The notes: a model not told the origin generated them from the sequence alone. DNA of 64,000 nucleotides from Anaerolineae bacterium (GCA_041685915.1 JAWLEV010000003.1:11206-75205), one strand, 5' to 3'; counted from the stretch's first letter, positions 38,984 to 48,605 are shown. Program-made: numbers and translations.

Positions 38984-39715
38984 GGCAAAACTCCTTCTAC
39001 AAGTATATGATTTAATCTTTAATAAATATTATGAACCGCTATGTCCCATAATAGGCCTATCTTTCCCGATTGTCAAGTCCATCCTCAACTCAAATTCCCC
39101 ACCGCGCGCTGGACCAAATCAGGCCAGCTACGGTGGCCTTGAAGAGTTACGCAGCAATTCGCGTACGTGGATCCAAAGATCCCATTCATGATGGACGCAA
39201 TTCTAGCAACATCTGCATGCACCTTTTCACACATTGCTGACTTTGCCAAAAGATAATCAAGTGCCTTGCCCCCCTGATGGTGTTGAAGATGCCCAGTTCC
39301 TTGCCTAGCAAAAGTGACCCGTTGAGGCTCAAATCCGCTTATACACGCCATTCCACCGCTTTCATCCTAAAAAGTTGTACTCGACAAAGCATTCGTCGAA
39401 ACAGTACGGTTGGGCGTCTTCTCGATACTCTTTTCGAGTGTTACCCAACGGTCAGTTCTGAACTACCCTTCTCTGATCTGGCACGCACCCCCTTATCCTG
39501 GCACAATGAAAGCGTTATGTAAACTACGGTTCTACGCTAATTTCGTATAGTGCATACTTTCAACCAATATTAGCCATCAAGATCATGCATTAGAGACATT
39601 ATTGGTTGTAGTACTACACGAAAGAACTACATGAAGATAACGGCCAGCTTGAGCCCCAAAACACTTTATAGTACAATGAGGATGTCGGACGATACAAAGA
39701 AGGAGATAGTAGCCT

Positions 39716-40045
39716 ATGGCAGGTATTCTAGAAGCAATCAAAAATCTATTTCAGGGCGGCTTGGCCGGCGCAGGTACGCGCGATCCCAACGCCATATTCC
39801 TCTACTTCAAATGCGACAAGTGCGGGGCCGTCGTCCCGGTGCGCGTGGACAAACGCCATGACCTCAATCGCGAGGAAGGCCCGGGAACTTTTTTATTGAA
39901 AAAAGACGTCATGGACGACAATTGCTTTCAGCTCATGCGAGCCACTGTATGGCTGGACAATAGCTACAACGTCGTCTCCGCCGACGTCAGCGACGGCGAA
40001 CTGATATCCGAAGAGGAATATAACGCGATAACGCAGAAAGGATAA
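39716..40045 (+). CDS. Hypothetical small protein with CxxC motif
   Basis: AAGGAG RBS. Contains FKCDKCGAVVPVRV. No family recognised. Confidence 0.45.
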   Translation: MAGILEAIKNLFQGGLAGAGTRDPNAIFLYFKCDKCGAVVPVRVDKRHDLNREEGPGTFLLKKDVMDDNCFQLMRATVWLDNSYNVVSADVSDGELISEEEYNAITQKG

Positions 40046-40071
40046 ATTTCCTGCGTTCGCCGATGGCCTTC

Positions 40072-40653
40072 TCAACCTCCCGCCTCATGTGTCAGTATGA
40101 TCGCCTGCGCGATCTCTTTCATGGGCTTGCGCGTGTTCATGGACATCTTCTGAATACGCCGAAAGGCCTCAGACTCCGAAAGCTGCTGGCGGTCCATGAG
40201 AATTCCTTTGGCCCTGTCCACCAATTTTCGCGTCTCCAGTTGGTCTCGTAGATCGTCGACCTCCTTTTCAAGCTCGCGAAATTCTGCAAAACGCGTCAAC
40301 GCCACTTCTATGGCTGGCGACAGGTCATCTTCTTTGATGGGCTTGACAAGATATCCCACAACACCCGCCTCCCTGGCACGCTCCACCAGATCTCTTTGAC
40401 TGAAGGCTGTTAACAGAACTACAGGAGCTATCCGTTCCTCTGTCAGTATCCGGGCTGCCTCTATACCGTCCATGTCAGGCATCTTGATGTCCATGAGCAC
40501 CACATCGGGGCGCAATTCTCGCGCCAGGTTCACGGCGCTGCGCCCATCTCCCGCTTCACCTACGACGAGATATCCAAGATTATTGAGCATTTCTCTCAAA
40601 TCCATACAGATGACCGATTCGTCATCTGCTATTATGACACGTACGCGCTCCAA
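40072..40653 (-). CDS. Response regulator with ANTAR RNA-binding output domain
   Basis: REC domain: VIIADDESVICMDLREML...VVLMDIKMPDMDGIE...VGYLVKP. ANTAR domain: LETRKLVDRAKGILMDRQQLSESEAFRRIQKMSMNTRKPMKEIAQAII. Confidence 0.85.
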   Translation of the reverse strand: MERVRVIIADDESVICMDLREMLNNLGYLVVGEAGDGRSAVNLARELRPDVVLMDIKMPDMDGIEAARILTEERIAPVVLLTAFSQRDLVERAREAGVVGYLVKPIKEDDLSPAIEVALTRFAEFRELEKEVDDLRDQLETRKLVDRAKGILMDRQQLSESEAFRRIQKMSMNTRKPMKEIAQAIILTHEAGG

Positions 40654-40671
40654 CTCCTCACCCCCTTGAAA

Positions 40672-42174
40672 CTAACCAGATTTATCAAACTCTATGGTGG
40701 CCCTCGTACCACCCGTACTGCTTAACCTGAATTGACCGCCGAGATCCCTCTCAACCATACGCTGGACCATATTCAATCCCAGATGGGCATCTCTTTGTAG
40801 ATCGAACCCTGATCCCAAGCCCCGTCCACTGTCTGCCACCACCAACGTTACCTTCTCACCATGGTCGATAAACTCCACTTCCACACTACCGACATCCCTA
40901 TCTAGCATCCCATGCTCTATGGCATTTTGCACCAACTCGTTGATAATCAGTGCACATCGCGTGGCGCGCTCGGCAGAAAGCCAGATGTCGGGGCCTTTCA
41001 CCGTCAAGGCAATCGCCTTGTCTGGACCTATCAAACTTTCCTTGGTCTGGTTGACGATACGTCGGGCAATATCCTGAAGATTTATTGTACCTTTGGCATT
41101 ACTTGAGAGAAAATCATGGACCACTGCCACGCTCAAGATGCGGTTAACGCTTTCTTCCAACGCTATCCTGGTCTCCTCGCTCGTAGCACGACGGGCCTGC
41201 AATCGCATGATAGAGGCGATCACTTGCAGATTGTTCTTTACCCGGTGATGGACCTCGCGGACCATGGCCATCTTACTCTCAATCTCGCGCTGTGTCTCAA
41301 GTGCCTCTGTCGCATCGTGACAGAGTATAAGCACACCCCTGGGTTGGAGTTCCTTCCCGTCCCTCTTTTCCAATCCAAATAAACGCCCAAATAGGGAGGG
41401 ACGACGACAAACGCGAATGGGTAGAGCCTTTCGCACCCAGGTAAACTCCCCCTCTTTTGTCTCTCGCTCGATGCACTTGCCCTTATCCACCGCTTCCTGT
41501 ACCAGCTCCTCATCAACCGTCGCGATATCGCTGATTGAACGATCAAGTAGACTATCACGGTACCCGAGATGCCGATACAGTTCCGCCGCAATCCCGCTCA
41601 CATAGCGTATAACCCCCTTGGCATCAATATATACTATGCCATCATGTTCACCAAAGGAAGAGAGCGAATCTGCGCCAATAACGTCACCACGCAGAACCAT
41701 GCTGATAAAATCGCATAGAGCTTTTTGAAAGGCTTTTTTCCGCCTGCGATGACGCTCATGAGCCAGCCAATAGGCATCCTTGACCATGACGGCGATGAGG
41801 GTTTCATCATCCACACCATAGATAGGAAAGATCTGGCGCGCCACCGTCGCGCCCTTGATCTCCACCGTATGCACCTTTCGAGGCCTCACATTCCCTCGCA
41901 AAGCACAAAGGACCTGCGGGTATGTTTCCTCTCCTACACGCATACCAACTCGAGAGTCCTCATACAGAGGAGACGAGGAGTGAGGACGCCACTGGCCTAT
42001 CACGACAGCCTCCTCCTCCCCGATGGCGCAAACCAGAAGCAAGTCGGCCCGACACAAGTCGGACAGGATAGGCATATCCTGCCCTATCTTGCGCAACAGT
42101 CCTTTATCCTCTTTCCGAAGATCAACCTTGGAGAAAACGTTATCCGCAAACACAACAACATTATTATAGCACAT
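40672..42174 (-). CDS. Sensor histidine kinase (HisKA_2-type H-box, HATPase_c)
   Basis: EVHHRVKNNLQVIASIMRLQARRA is the H-box. C-terminal ATPase: INELVQNAIEHG...DSGRGL. It sits upstream of the ANTAR regulator as an operon. Confidence 0.8.
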   Translation of the reverse strand: MCYNNVVVFADNVFSKVDLRKEDKGLLRKIGQDMPILSDLCRADLLLVCAIGEEEAVVIGQWRPHSSSPLYEDSRVGMRVGEETYPQVLCALRGNVRPRKVHTVEIKGATVARQIFPIYGVDDETLIAVMVKDAYWLAHERHRRRKKAFQKALCDFISMVLRGDVIGADSLSSFGEHDGIVYIDAKGVIRYVSGIAAELYRHLGYRDSLLDRSISDIATVDEELVQEAVDKGKCIERETKEGEFTWVRKALPIRVCRRPSLFGRLFGLEKRDGKELQPRGVLILCHDATEALETQREIESKMAMVREVHHRVKNNLQVIASIMRLQARRATSEETRIALEESVNRILSVAVVHDFLSSNAKGTINLQDIARRIVNQTKESLIGPDKAIALTVKGPDIWLSAERATRCALIINELVQNAIEHGMLDRDVGSVEVEFIDHGEKVTLVVADSGRGLGSGFDLQRDAHLGLNMVQRMVERDLGGQFRLSSTGGTRATIEFDKSG

Positions 42175-42321
42175 ACGAATATACCAGGAAAAAGACGATG
42201 AAGATGATTCCTTGTTAAGACAAGATTGTCGCCAGACACCAGCTTTGATATAATGAGGCAGCCAGTCGAGAAGTGGCTAATAGCAGAACATCGATTAAAT
42301 TGACCGGCCTTGGAGGAGATA

Positions 42322-43404
42322 ATGCGCTACAGTTACGAGCATGAGGAAAGACTGCGTGTGGGCTATATAGGAGCAGGCGAATATTCGTATCGCACCATAC
42401 TGCCCTCATTCCGTTACGCCCCCATAAACCTCGTGGCCCTGGTGGATACGGACGAGGACAGAGGCCTTAATGTTGCACGACAGTTTGGGGCCCGGCACTT
42501 TTATCCCAATCACAAGGCCATGCTGGCCCAAGAGGAAATGGATGCCGTCTTTATCGTGGTGGGATTGGACGACAAAGGCCACTCCCGTTACCCGGACTTG
42601 GCCGACGAGACGCTACGCGCAGGGTTTCACACCTGGATAGGGACACCCCCCTGTACAAGCTCCGATGACATCACCACATTTACCAACGCCTGCCTCCCCC
42701 ATCACAAATACCTCATGGCCAACTTTAAAAAGATGTTCATGCCGGCTTATGTCAAGGCGTTGCAGATTATAGAAGATCCTGACTTTGGTGGCGTGTCGAC
42801 CTTTTCCATGCGCTATCCAGTATCCCTCCCGGCCTCAGAGAAGCGGGAAGATGATGCGGCCATGATACCCTTTTTGGAATTCGTCCACCCCTATTCCCTT
42901 CTCTTGCGCCTGTTCGGCGAATGTGAGGGCCTCACGTACATGAGAAGTCCTTTGACCGGAGGAGGGGTGATGAACATCCGCTATGCATCGGGCGTGGTGG
43001 GCACCTTGCATCTGACGGGAGGACAATCCCTCACCAGCCCGCTAGAACGCCTGGAGATCGTGGGAGACGATGCAAATCTGGTGGTAGAGAATGGTATTCG
43101 ACTGCTCTACTACAGAGCTGGGGGACGGCGAGGTGATGACGAGAAAGAACCAGAACGCCATACGTCCTTTGTCGGTCCAGATGATACCGCCCCCATCATC
43201 TGGGAACCCGAATTCTCCCTGGGACGCCTCTATAATAAACAGCTCTTTTTGCAGGGCTATGTGGGAAGCGTCACCCACTTTGCGGAACGACTGCTGGCGG
43301 ACGCTCCCCCCGTCCACGGCAACCTGGTGGATATACTTCATATCATGAACGTCTATGACAATATCCGCCACGGTCAGGAGAACGAATGGATTACGCCACA
43401 CTAG
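42322..43404 (+). CDS. Gfo/Idh/MocA family oxidoreductase
   Basis: LRVGYIGAGEYSYRTILPSF...NLVALVD is the Rossmann N-terminus of this family. GGAGGAG RBS upstream. Confidence 0.8.
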   Translation: MRYSYEHEERLRVGYIGAGEYSYRTILPSFRYAPINLVALVDTDEDRGLNVARQFGARHFYPNHKAMLAQEEMDAVFIVVGLDDKGHSRYPDLADETLRAGFHTWIGTPPCTSSDDITTFTNACLPHHKYLMANFKKMFMPAYVKALQIIEDPDFGGVSTFSMRYPVSLPASEKREDDAAMIPFLEFVHPYSLLLRLFGECEGLTYMRSPLTGGGVMNIRYASGVVGTLHLTGGQSLTSPLERLEIVGDDANLVVENGIRLLYYRAGGRRGDDEKEPERHTSFVGPDDTAPIIWEPEFSLGRLYNKQLFLQGYVGSVTHFAERLLADAPPVHGNLVDILHIMNVYDNIRHGQENEWITPH

Positions 43405-43435
43405 CCCTTCCCAAATCGGCGAAAAGGAGAGAAAA

Positions 43436-44206
43436 GTGACGGATATAACCATCGGTATCTGCACCAATCCCGACAGAGTAAACCAACTGCCTTCCGGATA
43501 TTGTTACTGGGAACCGGCTGTATCCTCGGCGCTGATTCCCCTGGAAGACGAGGAGCACTATATACCTCAAAGAGAAAACCTGCGCGCGGCCCCGCTCCCT
43601 ATTCGTGCCTTCAATGCCTTTGTTCCCAGCGAGGTGCGGCTCGTCGGTGACGACGTACAATGGAATCAAGTAGAACTTTATGTAAAAAGAGCCATCGGGC
43701 GGGCAGCCAGTCTGGGAGGAAAAGTCATCGTATTTGGTAGCGGCGGCGCCCGGGCCGTCCCGGAGGGCTATTCCCGAGAGCGCGCCTGGAAACAGCTCAT
43801 CCAGTTCCTGCGCCTCTGTGCAACCGAGGCGGCAAAGCACGACCTCACGATAGCCATTGAGCCCCTCAATCACTCTGAGACGAACGTCATCAATTCCTAC
43901 CTCGAAGCCATCAGATTGGCCCAGGACGTGGATCGAAAGCACGTCCAGGTGCTGGCAGACATCTACCACTTTATGATGGAAGAGGAGCCTTTGGAACATA
44001 TCCGGGAAGCGCCGGAGCGCCTGGTGCACGTTCACCTGGCAGATTCGGGTCGACACCACCCCGGCAGCGGGAGCTATCCATTGCAAGAACTCTTTGACCT
44101 TCTCCGGGAAGTGGATTACGAGGGGCGAGCGTCCATCGAGTGCAGATGGGGAGAGAACTTTTCTCAGGAGGCTGAACAGGCATTGCGCTTCCTGCAGAAT
44201 CTTTAA
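43436..44206 (+). CDS. Sugar phosphate isomerase/epimerase (xylose-isomerase-like TIM barrel)
   Basis: LTIAIEPLNHSETNVINS...VQVLADIYHFMMEEE...VHLAD. AAAGGAGAG precedes the GTG at 43436. Confidence 0.75.
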   Translation: MTDITIGICTNPDRVNQLPSGYCYWEPAVSSALIPLEDEEHYIPQRENLRAAPLPIRAFNAFVPSEVRLVGDDVQWNQVELYVKRAIGRAASLGGKVIVFGSGGARAVPEGYSRERAWKQLIQFLRLCATEAAKHDLTIAIEPLNHSETNVINSYLEAIRLAQDVDRKHVQVLADIYHFMMEEEPLEHIREAPERLVHVHLADSGRHHPGSGSYPLQELFDLLREVDYEGRASIECRWGENFSQEAEQALRFLQNL

Positions 44207-44285
44207 GAATGACAAAAGGTCCTCCCTCCCCGTATATCGCCCAGGAGAGGGAGAACCACCACACCGATCCGATCTTCATAATGCC

Positions 44286-45653
44286 TCAGACGGCGCCGGT
44301 GTGCGAGACCTCATACTTGCCCTGAATCCCCTTCACAGGAGCGCCCTTGAGGGCGTACAGGGAGCCAAACATCGCCGCCAACCGCTGGGCTTCCTCGGGA
44401 TGCTCGTCGATCAAATTGGTCGTCTCCTTCGGATCCTCCTGGAGATTGTACAGTTCGTCAGGCTGTCCCTCAGGACGGCGGATATAGCTCCAGACCTTGT
44501 CCCGAATGCAGCGGTCCGGCGCCTCAAAGTAACCACTAATGATCGCCTCCCGTATCTCGTCGACCTCGCCACGAATGAGGGGCATGAGACTTTTTCCCGG
44601 CAAAGCATCCAGGTTATTCCCCATGCCGATGGCGTCGAGCAGCGTGGGAAGCACATCATGGAAGGAAGAAAGAGCATCGAGATGCTGCCCGCCATACTCC
44701 CCCCCGGGGAACTTGATCATAAAGGGCACCTTGAGCAGTTCGCTGTACATGCGATCACCCCCCTTGAGGAATTTGCCATGATCGGCCAAGGGATGTCCAT
44801 GATCGGCGATAAATATGACCAGCGAATCGTCATACATCTCCAGGGCCTTTAATCTGTCCAGGAACTGCCCCACATAGTGATCGACGTAGGCACACTCGCC
44901 TGCATACAGGCCGCGGATATAATCGATCTCATTCTGACCAAAGTGCGTGGACGCCTGACCACCGGGCGGAAGTATACATTTCTTCCCTGAATAATCAGGA
45001 TCCGTGTACTTGTCAAATGCAGCCGGTGGCATCCAGGGCTCATGAGGATCAAAAGAATCCACCCATAGGAAAAAGGGGCGCTGAGAGACATTGGCCTCGG
45101 CCCATTCGCCGGCTCGCTTCATCAGGCGCGCACAATAGTGATCCTCGGCCGTTTCAAACTCCTCTACGTTCTTGAGCGCCGTCTTCACAATTCGGCGCCA
45201 TTCGGGAGTATAGGTATCCTTGCAATAATCATCGAGATTCAAGCGTTTGAGGGGAGCAGACCGATGAGCATCATACTCCTGCCCTCTGATCCAGTCCCAG
45301 ACCCTGAACCCACGATGAAAGTTCATTCCCGGCTTGAAATAATGGTAGCAGTCGCTAAAACAGGCACTCAGGTACCCCTCATCCGACAGCAATTCGGCCA
45401 AAGAGCGATCTTCGGCCGTTAGAGGCTGCCAGGGACGGTGCACCAATGTGCGTTCTCCGGTCAGCCAACATGTCCTCACTGGAATGGTAGGCAGCCCCTC
45501 AGGATAGCAATTATCAAAAACTACACTTTCGCGCGCAAGCGCGTCCAAATATGGCGTCTCACAGGGTGAATCGGGATTGTAAAAGCGTAAGTGATCCTGT
45601 CGAAAAGAGTCCGCGATGATAAAAACGACATCCGTCGCCCGTCTATCACTCAT
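44286..45653 (-). CDS. Sulfatase-like hydrolase (alkaline-phosphatase superfamily) with Thr in place of the formylglycine Cys/Ser
   Basis: VVFIIADSFRQDHL...GLPTIPVRTCWLTG. The motif reads T-x-P-x-R, not C/S-x-P-x-R. IFIADHGHPLADHG lies in the C-terminal half. Confidence 0.75.
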   Translation of the reverse strand: MSDRRATDVVFIIADSFRQDHLRFYNPDSPCETPYLDALARESVVFDNCYPEGLPTIPVRTCWLTGERTLVHRPWQPLTAEDRSLAELLSDEGYLSACFSDCYHYFKPGMNFHRGFRVWDWIRGQEYDAHRSAPLKRLNLDDYCKDTYTPEWRRIVKTALKNVEEFETAEDHYCARLMKRAGEWAEANVSQRPFFLWVDSFDPHEPWMPPAAFDKYTDPDYSGKKCILPPGGQASTHFGQNEIDYIRGLYAGECAYVDHYVGQFLDRLKALEMYDDSLVIFIADHGHPLADHGKFLKGGDRMYSELLKVPFMIKFPGGEYGGQHLDALSSFHDVLPTLLDAIGMGNNLDALPGKSLMPLIRGEVDEIREAIISGYFEAPDRCIRDKVWSYIRRPEGQPDELYNLQEDPKETTNLIDEHPEEAQRLAAMFGSLYALKGAPVKGIQGKYEVSHTGAV

Positions 45654-45726
45654 AGTATACCTCTCCTTTCCACATCATCTCCGATAGCCATTATATGTCA
45701 CGAACCAGGACCGCTCAAGTCACCCC

Positions 45727-45984
45727 CTAAGAGCGACGGCGTCCTACTCCAGTTATGACAAGAAAAACCACTGCACCGAGAACAGCCACAGCAAAACTGC
45801 GCGCGTTGAATCCAAACCGTAACCCCTGGCCCGTTATGATCTGCGTCAAAAAGCCACCGATAAACGCGCCGACGATGCCCACCACGATGTCGAACAGACA
45901 CCCCTGACGCCCGTCCGTGCCCGTGATGATACTTGCTAACCATCCTGCAAGCGCTCCAAAGATAATCCAAGCAAGCAGGCCCAT
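45727..45984 (-). CDS. GlsB/YeaQ/YmgE-family stress-response membrane protein
   Basis: MGLLAWIIFGALAGWLASIITG...VVGIVGAFIGGFL. Confidence 0.75.
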   Translation of the reverse strand: MGLLAWIIFGALAGWLASIITGTDGRQGCLFDIVVGIVGAFIGGFLTQIITGQGLRFGFNARSFAVAVLGAVVFLVITGVGRRRS

Positions 45985-46025
45985 GTATCCCCTCCCATTA
46001 TATAACGGCTATCCAGTTTTGCCTT

Positions 46026-46430
46026 TTACTCGTCATGGCGTGTTTGCTCATCGCGCGTACCTCGCTCACCCCGCCGACCATGCAAGATATCCTCTAGAAA
46101 ATCATCGATCTCTTTTTCTACCATCTGTCCCAATGTCTTCCAGTCGCTATCCGGCTGTGCCCCAAGGATGTCAGCAATACTACACCTGACCGAGCACTCC
46201 ACGTGTGCACCAATCTCCTCCCAGTTGGATCCCGCTTCCATATCCAGCGCCCTGGAAATTTTCTTGCGTGCAGCATCGTCGCTCTGGCGCCCGATCTCCT
46301 CCCAATCTGCCCCGTCATCAGCTCCCACAGTATGTGCCGCATCGCGGCGAATCTGCTCCTTGATCTGCTCAAATATACTATCCCATCCCTGTGCCTTATT
46401 CTCCCTATCTTGCTCTTGCCGATCCGTCAT
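46026..46430 (-). CDS. Hypothetical acidic protein with three DWEEIG-like internal repeats
   Basis: ADWEEIGRQSDDAARKKISRAL, SNWEEIGAHVECSVRCSIADIL and SDWKTLGQMVEKEIDDFLEDIL. Confidence 0.5.
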   Translation of the reverse strand: MTDRQEQDRENKAQGWDSIFEQIKEQIRRDAAHTVGADDGADWEEIGRQSDDAARKKISRALDMEAGSNWEEIGAHVECSVRCSIADILGAQPDSDWKTLGQMVEKEIDDFLEDILHGRRGERGTRDEQTRHDE

Positions 46431-46518
46431 CCTTTGCGCCCCCTGTCAACAAGAATCCCTTTACATTATACTACATACTCCACAAGTGAACAGATAAACT
46501 GACGAAACTTTTAATCTG

Positions 46519-46548
46519 TTGGACGCGTTCACCCAACTGTGCTATGAT
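46519..46548 (+). promoter_or_regulatory. Sigma70-like promoter (TTGGAC, 18 nt spacer, TATGAT) upstream of the selenoprotein gene
   Basis: -35 at 46519-46524 and -10 at 46543-46548. A ~140-nt leader separates it from the ATG at 46689. Confidence 0.45.
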
Positions 46549-46688
46549 GATTGACGAGGGAAAAGGGGGGATCTGATGCCACAAGTCGAGTCTTTGCCCC
46601 GCTTCAACCTCGATCTGTTAGACTCTCTTTACTCCGTCAACGCATTCTCCAATTGGCCCATTCAGTCATCTTATGCCAGGAGGTCCAG

Positions 46689-48605
46689 ATGAATAGCGCA
46701 AAGAGCACGCAGGAAGAGACGCGAATAAAGATCATCTACTGTGTCGAATGCAATTTAGAACCGGAGGCCAAACGTTTGGCGACGGCGATAAAGAACCGCT
46801 TCGGCCTCGAGGCAAAGCTGGAAGAAGGGCACGACGGCATCTTTGAGATAAGCATGGACGACCACGTCATATATAACAATCTGGCTCAGGGGGGACAATT
46901 ACCAACCGACAAAGAGATTCTTCAGAGGATTCAGCAACGCATGGAACCACCCTCCAGCATAAGAAGGGAAAAGCTGAAGGTCATGAACCCCATGGGTTAT
47001 CCCCCCGCGGTGACTCAGATCGAGATGGCGCCCCGGCTCGACACCCTGGAGGGCAAGACCGTGTATCTGGTCGATTGCCGCTTCGACGATGGCGATCTAC
47101 TCATGGCCCAGATGCAAGCCTGGTTTAAGGAATATATGCCCTCTGTGAAAACGGTGCTGCGCAGCAAATCCGGTATCTATACCGAGGATGATCCCGAACT
47201 CTTTGAGGAGATCGGCGAGAAAGGTGATGCCTTGGTTTTGGGAGTGGGCCATTGAAGCACCTGTGCTCCGGCGGTCGCCGAGCATTGCATCAATATTGAA
47301 GACGAATATGGTGTACCGACAGTGTCGGTACACACAGACGCCTTTGAGCAAGCAGTCAAGGCTGTGGCCCGTACACACGGTATGCCCCAACAGCGTCTCG
47401 CCTTTGTTCCCATGCCCGTGATGGGCAAGTCACCGACAGAGTTAAGGGAGTACATCGAGGGAAACGATCCCGTCACAGGTCAGCCCGTCATGCACGAGAT
47501 CGTCGATGCCCTCACACACCCTCTGAGCGAGGAGGAGAAAAAGGGCTTTCGCTTTGACCGCTCCACTCCCCGCTTTGTGGCACCCGACACTGAGGAGAAT
47601 CTGCGACGTCTGTTCGCCAAAAAGGGTCGGACGGACTATTTGCCCATCGTCCTCCCCACGGAGGAACGCGTCGACGCCATGCTGTCGGGCACAAGCCATG
47701 ATCCCCAGGAAATAGTGGGCCAGATGCGCCCCACCTCGACCCGTGAGGCGTGGGAGTACACCGTCGAAAAAGTAGCGGTGAACGCCGTGATGGCCGGAGC
47801 GAGACCAGAGTATCTCCCCGTCATATTGGCCTTGGCGGCCACCCAGATCTCAGCGCGCCCCAGCACCACAAGTTCAGCGGCCTGTATGGTGGTCGTGAAC
47901 GGGCCAATACGTCACGAGATCGACATGAATTGGGGCATCGGCGCCATGGGGCCCTACAATCACGCCAACGCCACCATAGGACGAGCCTACGGGTTGCTGT
48001 CGCAGAACCTGCAGGGCGGCTCGGAACCGGCCCTCACCTATCTGGGATCACAGGGTAACAACTATGCTTATAACAGCATCACCTTTGCAGAAAACGAGGA
48101 ACGTAGCCCCTGGACGCCCTTCCACGTCGAGCAAGGCTTCGAAGCGGAAGAAAGTGCGGTCAGCGTCTTCGGTGGCGTGCGCTCCACGGCCTACAATCTG
48201 GGCGTGCGGGAGAAACACTGGCGAGAGCACGTGCGCAACATGCTGCGCGGTATGAACCCCTATCTACCGCCCACGTTCGTTTTGGACCCCATCACAGCAC
48301 GTCAGTTCGTCGATCGCGGCGCCTTTGACACCAAAGAGAAACTCATCCATTGGATTTATGACAATGCCAGGATGCCCGCGGGTGTCTACTGGGATCATCA
48401 ACTGATAGAAAATTACGTATATCCTCGCGCCCTGAACGGCGTGGAACCCTATGCTACCATGCTAGAAGCCGCCGATGATGAATTGATCTCCGTCTTTCCC
48501 AAGGACACGATCCACATCGTCGTTGTAGGCGGCGAAACCAACGGATATTGGCGCATCATGGGCTGCAATTACGCTGAAAGCATGTCCGTCGACGCGTGGA
48601 GATAG
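46689..48605 (+). CDS. Putative selenoprotein (~638 aa). Domain order: Rdx/SelW-like CxxC domain, then a selenoprotein-B (GrdB/PrdB-family)-like core with U-x-x-C, then a ~430-aa unknown C-terminal domain. The in-frame UGA (Sec) is at 47253-47255.
   Basis: ORFs 46551..47255 and 47322..48605 share one frame. The only stop between them is the UGA at 47253-47255, and the frame is open from that UGA to 48605. Neither GTG 47322 nor ATG 47382 has an RBS. Read-through gives EEIGEKGDALVLGVGH-U-STCAPAVAEHCINIEDEYGVPTVSV, which parallels the PrdB Sec region (EEGVDAVLLTAG-U-GTCHRSAVIVQRAIEEAGIPTIII, recalled from memory). The N-terminal IKIIYCVECNLEPEAKRLATAIKNRFGLEAKLEEGHDGIFEI matches the Rdx (SelW/SelT) fold. 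AGGAGG lies 5 nt before the ATG at 46689. Confidence 0.55.
47265..47283 (+). promoter_or_regulatory. bSECIS-like hairpin (GCUC-C-GGC [GGUC] GCC-GAGC), 10 nt 3' of the in-frame UGA
   Basis: Stem of 7 bp plus a 1-nt bulge, with apical loop GGUC. The loop G/U sit at +22/+23 from the U of UGA. This is comparable to the E. coli fdhF SECIS, where the essential loop G23/U24 sit about 20 nt after UGA. Confidence 0.5.

Noticed and set aside
47256-47267. Tiny hairpin AGCAC-ct-GTGCT immediately after the UGA
   Set aside because: A 2-nt loop is sterically implausible. The adjacent GCUCCGGC[GGUC]GCCGAGC hairpin, with a GGUC apical loop at SECIS-like spacing, is the better candidate.
47322-48605. Treating the downstream ORF as an independent gene starting at GTG 47322 or ATG 47382
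   Set aside because: Neither start has an RBS. The frame is continuous with the upstream ORF through a single UGA. The read-through sequence aligns with the Sec site of selenoprotein B. It is kept as one selenoprotein CDS, with moderate confidence.
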